Positions 57,370-64,000 of a DNA stretch of 64,000 nt are shown here, piece after piece. Source of the stretch: Setoptus koraiensis (lineage: Eukaryota > Animalia > Arthropoda); contig CM106585.1 in the NCBI GenBank assembly GCA_048013815.1, positions 19,654,001 through 19,718,000 on the forward strand, in the 5' to 3' direction. Made by a program: the position numbers and the translations under genes. Numbering within the stretch: the stretch's first letter is position 1; each line of letters opens with the position of its first letter. A model generated the notes under the pieces. It did no database searches, was not told where the DNA came from, and saw nothing but the letters and a program-made list of their open reading frames with translations.

Positions 57370-59449
57370 ATGTATACCGACGACGAGGATGATCAAATCA
57401 TCGGTTTGGACATAAATATTAAAGAGGATGATACCGAGGATGAATACACATATGAAGTGCTTACTTCTGATCAAATAGTAGAGGACATGGTATCATCCAT
57501 AAGAGATGTCAATACAGTTGTTCAATTATCACCTACTATAACTAGGCTCCTATTAAATCATTTCAAATGGGATAAAGAACGTCTCTATGAAAGGTGAGAT
57601 GGCAAACATACAGCAGAGGCAATATTTACATTGAATAGAACAACATTTCACTTTATACTAATTCATTCTATTTTTCTTGATCCTCCAATACCATCGTTCT
57701 CTCTTTCTCAGGTACTACGATGGAAGCAAAGATCGTCTATTCAAAGAAGCACAAATTTTGGATCCAAACTTGTTAGCACTCCGTAAACAGAGTCAAGGAG
57801 AAAAGCCTATTGAGTGTTGCATCATTTGTTGCAGTGATAAATCAAGTCTGACTATGACAGGGCTAGGTTGCGGTCATAGATTCTGTAAAGATTGTTGGAT
57901 TAAGTATCTAACTACCAAGATAATGGAAGAAGGTCAATCTGGCCGAATTACATGTGCAGCACATGATTGCGATATTCTTGTTGACGACCAAACTGTCATG
58001 ACTCTCATATCAGACACTAAAGTCAAGCTAAGATACCAACACCTGATAACAAATAGTTTTGTAGAGGTAAATGCAGCACACAAAGAAGATCTGGTCTTAT
58101 CTGCTAATTTAACAAGGTACCGAATTCTAATACAATGCCCTATATATTTTCTCTTTAAATCATCAGTGTAACAAGTTCCTCAGATGGTGCCCTAGACCAG
58201 AATGCTCCCATGCCATTAAGGTTGATTACATTGATATCCGACCAGTAAAATGTTCCTGCGGTACAATATTCTGGTAAGTATCGAATTATTACCGGCTGTG
58301 ACTCAACAGCAATCAGTTGTCTTATTATTAACCTCATATTTTTATTTTATTTAATCAGTTTTCCATGCGGTGATAATTGGCATGAGCCTGTACAATGTGA
58401 TCTATTACGAAAATGGAAGAAGAAATGCGATGATGATAGCGAAACCTCTAACTGGATTGTTGCCAACACCAAAGAATGCCCCAGATGCCATGTGACCATC
58501 GAAAAAGATGGAGGTTGTAATCATATGATATGTAAGAATCTTGATTGCAGAACTGAGTTCTGTTGGGTTTGTCTGGGATTCTGGGAACAACATGGATCAT
58601 CTTGGTAAGTAGAACTTTTTCATCATTCTATTGCACGCACTCAAGAACTTAAAAAGCGGTCTTAATTAATCAATGTAAACATTCAATATTTTATTAACCA
58701 GGTTCTCTTGCAACCGATACGACGAATCCGATGCGAAGGCAGCTCGAGATGCCCAAGAAAGATCTCGAGCATTATTACAACGCTATTTATTCTATTGCAA
58801 AAGATACATGAATCACATGGCAAGTTTGAAACTAGAAAGTAAACTTTATGCCACTGTTAAGGGAAAAATGCTTGAAATGCAACAACACAATATGAGTTGG
58901 ATAGAAGTACAATTCTTGAATAGAGCTGTAGACGTTCTATCTCAATGTAGGCAAACCCTCATGTATACTTACGTATTTGCCTATTACCTAGCCAAAAACA
59001 ACCAATCCATCATTTTTGAAAATAATCAACGTGATCTAGAAAACGCCACCGAGACTTTATCAGAATATCTGGAAAGAGATTTCACGACAGATACGATTAA
59101 AGATATTAAGCAAAAAGTACAAGATAAATATAGGTGAGTGTGTTATACGATTCCGCTTCATGGCTTGCATCATGTGATGATCATGTTGTCAAATGACATT
59201 GGGCGTATTTCACTCCATGAGTACGTCATTCCACTAGGTATGGCGCAACTCTAAATGCTTCAATACCTCTACAGAAGATGGAATGAGATCGACGAAAAAT
59301 CGTCTTAAATATCTTGATTTTTTCCAAATCAATAATAATTAATATTTCCTTCTTTTCATTGTTTCAGGTATTGCGAAAGTCGTCGAAGAATTCTGATGGA
59401 GCACGTCCATGAAGGTTATGACCATGACTTATGGAGATTCACGCAATAA
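57370..59449 (+). CDS. ARIH1: Ariadne-1 RBR E3 ubiquitin ligase; join(57370..57593,57712..58066,58167..58273,58359..58604,58702..59133,59368..59449)
   Basis: Acidic N-terminus; RING1 [15 protein letters not shown]; [28 protein letters not shown]; RING2 [27 protein letters not shown]; Ariadne domain [21 protein letters not shown]; five GT-AG introns keep the frame. Confidence 0.96.
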
Positions 59450-60667
59450 AATGTGAAATACATACATCATTTTGAATGAAAATATATCTGTTTGTACTAA
59501 GTTCTTACAGCTGCCATACTTTCTAAAGAAAAGCTACTAAAGATTTTATTGATCAAAGCATATTACCGGTTGTGGATTGATCAAACCTTACAAAAATATG
59601 ATAAGTAAGATACTGTTTGTATTTTGTTTGGAATGAGACATTCTAAATATTCTATATATTAAATGAATAAGAGTAAAATGTCAGAAGCGATTGTTCTTTC
59701 TTTTTGATATGAGTCCGATCCTGAATTCAATTTGAAGAAGAGGTGCACTGTTAATCAAGCGTAAACTATACCGCAGCACGAAAGCGTTCTATGGTTGGTT
59801 CGATTAGAAGTGTTCGCAGAAGGCAGAGAGTTCTGTCAAGTTTTGGGATGAACCTTAAGTAGGTCTTTGATAGAAATGATTGATTTAAATCTCCCGGCCA
59901 GCATGTAGTATCGCTTATTGGGACGAACAGTTGTTGTTTACCTCATCAAGAACGGTTATTCACTGATGCAAAAGAAACCCGATCCGTAACCTTTGCATGA
60001 CATGTAATCTAACAAAATCACCTAGTCTCAACAATGTCTAGAATCTAGTCTGTCTAGATAAGATGCTGCCACTGGTGCGACGAAATGATTTCAAGTGATT
60101 AGTACGATGTTGAGTGAACGTCATTTGAAAAATTAAGGCGAGGAATCCGTTAAATGCCTTTTGGCGCTATAACAAACAGGTGTGTGTGTGTGCCATAGAG
60201 TGTGGCTATTGTCACTAACTGGAATGTGTCAAAACAACAAGAATTCTAATTTTAGTTACAAGTCCCACAATTAGGTGGCTACAGTAGGTGAATAGACTTG
60301 GACAAGTGAAATACAAATCAAGTATCAGCACCACCTGTTGGCTGTTTGTTGGCTCCATTAATGAACCTGTTATGGTTTGACACCGCGCTCATCAGATGAT
60401 AACGGCTCACAGTTGAGTCTCTCCGATGTGTAAACTCTTTTCTCTCTAATGAACGGCCATGTTTGTTATTGATGGATTATAAAGAAACACGGGATGGGTC
60501 AGCAAACAAACTGCATCCGTTATAATATTCTCACAAACGAAATGACCATACTAGCAGGAATTTAGATGTACTATTCGTTCTATTAAAGTAGCTGGCAACT
60601 TACTAATAAATCAATAATCGAATAGGTTTTGTAATATAATAATATTAGTAATATAATAATTGTAACC

Positions 60668-63658
60668 ATGTCACTAACTCCTCCGCCGCCCACATTTGAT
60701 CAATCAATCAACAATAACAACATTGATAATCCGGATAATAATATTTTGGAATCGTCATTGTCATCTTTGCCGGTTTATGGTCACACAATTATTGCATCTA
60801 TTTGTAGATGGGACGAACAAAAATTGCCAGTTTTAGCGAAAGTAACGGCAACATTCTTTAGTGAAACAGAAGAAGAGTTAAATGTTGATATTGATGATAT
60901 TGTAATGATTGAAGAGAAATTAGATCATTACTGGCTCATAGGACATTGTGATGGACTTAAAGGCAAACTACCAAAATCAGTTTGTTACGCAATAGATGAT
61001 AAGCTTGATATTATACCATGGAAATATATTCTAGATGAGAATCTATCGTTGTACGCTTGTGTGGCTTCTTTTCAGGCTCAAGATATGGAAAATGATATTA
61101 GCTTCGAGCGTGGTGATATATTGATGAGCAACAAACAAGTCAATGAACACTGGATGTTCGGTAAACGTTGTTTTAATTCGCGAATCTCTTACAATTCACA
61201 ACCTAGCAACACTGTGTTAGAAACGGAGAGATTAGGCACATTTCCAGTGAATCATTGTTGGCTCCTGGATCATAATAAAGTTATCGAGATCTGCCAAAGA
61301 GCATCAACAGCAGCAATCTCACAATCGCCACAAACTATTGATACTGCTGTTGCGCTATCAACAACGACACCGACACCAGCTATTGCCACAACTAATAATC
61401 ACAGTAGAAGGTCCTCAATTCTGTCGGAATCTCAGCAATCGGCATCTGGCAGCTCAGTCAACTTTCCAGCATTGTTGACCAGATCCAGTAGCAAACAACT
61501 GCCCACGTTAACAGCAACAACAACTAACACACCGATGACCTCTTCCCCTGTACCGTCTGCCTCGATGAGCAGTGGCAGCAGTAAGAAAAGTGACAAAAAA
61601 TTGGAACATCGCTCTACTATTATCATGGAATTGGTTCAATCGGAAAGAGATTATCTTAGTGATCTCAAAACAACAAGAGATTTATTCTACTCTGATCGAC
61701 ATAATGCTCAATTGTTAGGTATTGATATAAGTGAGGCATTTGGAAACATTGATGAAGTGATTGATTTGGGTGAGGATCTACTGAGAAGCTTGGAACTGCA
61801 TAATATGAGCAAATTCGATCACGACAAGTGCGTTGGACGATGCTTTAAAGAGGTGATAGAAAGATTTCAAAAAGTTTATGGAGACTACTGTAAGAATCAT
61901 GATGTTACCATTTGGAATAAATTTGCTGATAAAGACACACGCACTAAATATTACTTGAAAGGAAAATTAGAGGAACTACAAGCTAAGACCAATTGCTACG
62001 ACATACCAACAATTCTCATTAAACCAGTGCAACGATTGGCAAAATACCCCCTGTTACTTAATGAACTATCTAAAGCCACAGACGACTCTCATCCGGATAA
62101 GCGGGACTTAGAAGAAGCGTTCAAACTGGTTACGGAAGCAGCGACAAGTATAAATGAACTGAGGAATAGATCGGAAATTAATTCATCCAATTACCACAAC
62201 AACAGTAGACAGCAACAGCAGCGGAGATCAATATTGTCAATGCCAGGTGATATTGGTGAAATAGCAATCAATTCAGACAAGCAAAACAAAGGCTGGCTAT
62301 CGTCGAGATTCAGCCTTCATACGGTGAAGAAAAAGACGGCTCGTTTGTCCACTAGAATAACTGCTAGTTTGGGCTTAGTTTCTCTAACTCGTGACGAAGA
62401 ATTTGAGAGGCTCCATGAAACGTTCAAATTGATAGAGAAAACCATCAAAACATTTCTGAAAGATTTGATTCAATTCGTGGACCATTTTGAACATTTTCTT
62501 CTTTCATTGCAGCAGGCTTCAGAGAACATTGCCTCGTTTTACAGGGATCAATCGTGTCAGAGAGAATTGGAAGAATTGAAAAAGAACACTAAAGCGTGTA
62601 TGAATGACCACTTTCACGAGTTCAGGCGTGTCGTCGATAGGCAAGTGATCAATGTGATAAGTCAACTGTTACAAAAATTTCAATCGCCAAAACAATTGGT
62701 CAGCAAGAGAGCTGACAAATTGTTAGATTACGACACCAAAACTAAAAAAATGGAATCTTGCAAGGATGTGGAGAAAAGACTTTTATTGCGCGAGCAACAA
62801 ATTATAGCCAAGGACCTATATGAAACATTGAATAGACAATTAATAGACCAACTGCCACTATTCAATACCTATGCAGTAGATATACTCAGAAATTGCATTC
62901 TGGTATTCTTAAAATGTCGCCGTACTTTGATATCGCGTTATGCTAGACAATCGAGTTCTCTATTGGACACACCATTGATGATGGGGACATGCATTCAAGA
63001 CTTACATAATGAAAATTTTATTGAAGCATTTAAGGCTAACTGTGATGTGGCTCGTTCTGGTAGGAGTTCGGCCCAATCAACATTTGAGAGTTCCGAGGCC
63101 GACAGTGGAAGCCGTTGCGCTTCTGGCGCTCTAGATGGAAATTTTGGTCCATTCAATGCACCCACCTCTGCTAGTACTCCGCTTAAAATGACGTCAGGCA
63201 TGCTGAATCACATGGCCAATCAACAGTCTGGCGCTAGTAGAAACTTAAATCTACCTTACGACACAGTGGATATTGTGAGACCTCTATCTGTGGCGAGCGA
63301 GCTCAGCGCTGAATTCGATCCACTGAGACCGACATCTGTTGCCTCATCTCAAGGCACAAAGTCAGGCGGCGGACATATGTCGCCTGGGTCCTCTTCAGAT
63401 GCTAATGTCGCGCCATCAACATCAACAACAACAAATGTTGATGGATCACAACAGAAGCTGTATGTCGCATCGTGGCCCTATAAGGCATTGGGACCCAATC
63501 AACTGGATATGAATTGTAATGAAACACTGAGGTTGGTTAAAGATTGTGACGAGCGTGGCAACAAGGAATGGTCGCTGGTGCAAACCACCAACGGTCGATC
63601 AGGTTATGTTCCATCCTCTTACATAAGGCTGGTAGATGGTCAACAGCAAACACCATGA
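60668..63658 (+). CDS. DNMBP: Dynamin-binding protein/Tuba (SH3-SH3-DH-BAR-SH3 Cdc42 GEF); intronless
   Basis: Two N-terminal SH3-like repeats; DH (IMELVQSERDYLSDL..LIKPVQRLAKYPLLLNEL); BAR (KKKTARLS..TRDEEFE..KRADKLLDYD..YETLNRQLIDQLP) in place of PH; C-terminal SH3 (EW..GYVPSSYI). Confidence 0.92.
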   Translation: MSLTPPPPTFDQSINNNNIDNPDNNILESSLSSLPVYGHTIIASICRWDEQKLPVLAKVTATFFSETEEELNVDIDDIVMIEEKLDHYWLIGHCDGLKGKLPKSVCYAIDDKLDIIPWKYILDENLSLYACVASFQAQDMENDISFERGDILMSNKQVNEHWMFGKRCFNSRISYNSQPSNTVLETERLGTFPVNHCWLLDHNKVIEICQRASTAAISQSPQTIDTAVALSTTTPTPAIATTNNHSRRSSILSESQQSASGSSVNFPALLTRSSSKQLPTLTATTTNTPMTSSPVPSASMSSGSSKKSDKKLEHRSTIIMELVQSERDYLSDLKTTRDLFYSDRHNAQLLGIDISEAFGNIDEVIDLGEDLLRSLELHNMSKFDHDKCVGRCFKEVIERFQKVYGDYCKNHDVTIWNKFADKDTRTKYYLKGKLEELQAKTNCYDIPTILIKPVQRLAKYPLLLNELSKATDDSHPDKRDLEEAFKLVTEAATSINELRNRSEINSSNYHNNSRQQQQRRSILSMPGDIGEIAINSDKQNKGWLSSRFSLHTVKKKTARLSTRITASLGLVSLTRDEEFERLHETFKLIEKTIKTFLKDLIQFVDHFEHFLLSLQQASENIASFYRDQSCQRELEELKKNTKACMNDHFHEFRRVVDRQVINVISQLLQKFQSPKQLVSKRADKLLDYDTKTKKMESCKDVEKRLLLREQQIIAKDLYETLNRQLIDQLPLFNTYAVDILRNCILVFLKCRRTLISRYARQSSSLLDTPLMMGTCIQDLHNENFIEAFKANCDVARSGRSSAQSTFESSEADSGSRCASGALDGNFGPFNAPTSASTPLKMTSGMLNHMANQQSGASRNLNLPYDTVDIVRPLSVASELSAEFDPLRPTSVASSQGTKSGGGHMSPGSSSDANVAPSTSTTTNVDGSQQKLYVASWPYKALGPNQLDMNCNETLRLVKDCDERGNKEWSLVQTTNGRSGYVPSSYIRLVDGQQQTP

Positions 63659-64000
63659 GTTACACTTTGACCGATAGTAACTCATTTGAAGATAATTACA
63701 GTTATAATGATTCGTTGTTGTGATACAAGCACTCATTCGATGGATAGTCTCTATTATTATTAAAATGCCCATAACGATGCGCACAATTTATAACTTCGCC
63801 TACGATTACACAGATTGTCTTGCCGGAACACAGTTTATCTAGATTATTGTATTATCACTTTCACATTTGTCCATGTCTGATATCATTGTCTCTAGCATGT
63901 GGTTACAAGTGACGAACATACGTGTGTTCCTCTGTTACAGGCACGTCCAAATAAATTGTCACAATTCTATACTCATAAGTCTGAAAACCGCACAGTAAAA

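Noticed and set aside
59174-59180. GTGATGA (box C) in ARIH1 intron 5, suggesting a C/D snoRNA
   Set aside because: No CTGA box D downstream in the intron and no terminal stem.
1-64000. Transposase/reverse transcriptase ORFs, tRNA, rRNA, snRNA, telomeric (TTAGG)n and conserved miRNAs
   Set aside because: Looked for by eye and none found; partial seed-like matches (e.g. TAATACTG near 19175, GTGAGCAAA near 48532) diverge from the mature miRNAs and lack hairpins.

Overview
Eukaryotic (arthropod, most likely a mite; eriophyoid-like by inference from intron-poor, tightly packed, Q/N-rich genes) window with two very different halves. (1) 1.1-25.7 kb and 33.4-42.6 kb form GC/CpG-rich gene deserts around a Notch-ligand Delta gene (26111-30161, 3 exons) and a single-exon poly-Q membrane protein gene (31578-33341). 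The deserts are densely packed with short tandem micro-arrays (8-27 bp units), perfect hairpins, arrays ending in an inverted copy of their own unit, and clusters of TGACAG, GATA and AATCACA motifs. (2) 43.6-63.7 kb is an AT-richer, compact gene block: an orphan 81-aa secreted peptide, a DHX30-like DEAH helicase, a Maf (dTTP/UTP pyrophosphatase), DNA2, BRPF1, RPS19, ariadne-1 and DNMBP/Tuba. The most striking observations are a DNA2 with an intact nuclease/Fe-S module but a dead, truncated helicase; a BRPF lacking bromodomain and PWWP; a Delta with 47-58 aa low-complexity insertions in the C2 lipid-binding loops and only 5 EGF repeats; the orphan furin-site peptide; and the pervasive duplication/fold-back signature of the non-coding DNA. 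Family assignments come from motif recognition from memory, not database searches. No CRISPR array, transposase, tRNA or rRNA was found.
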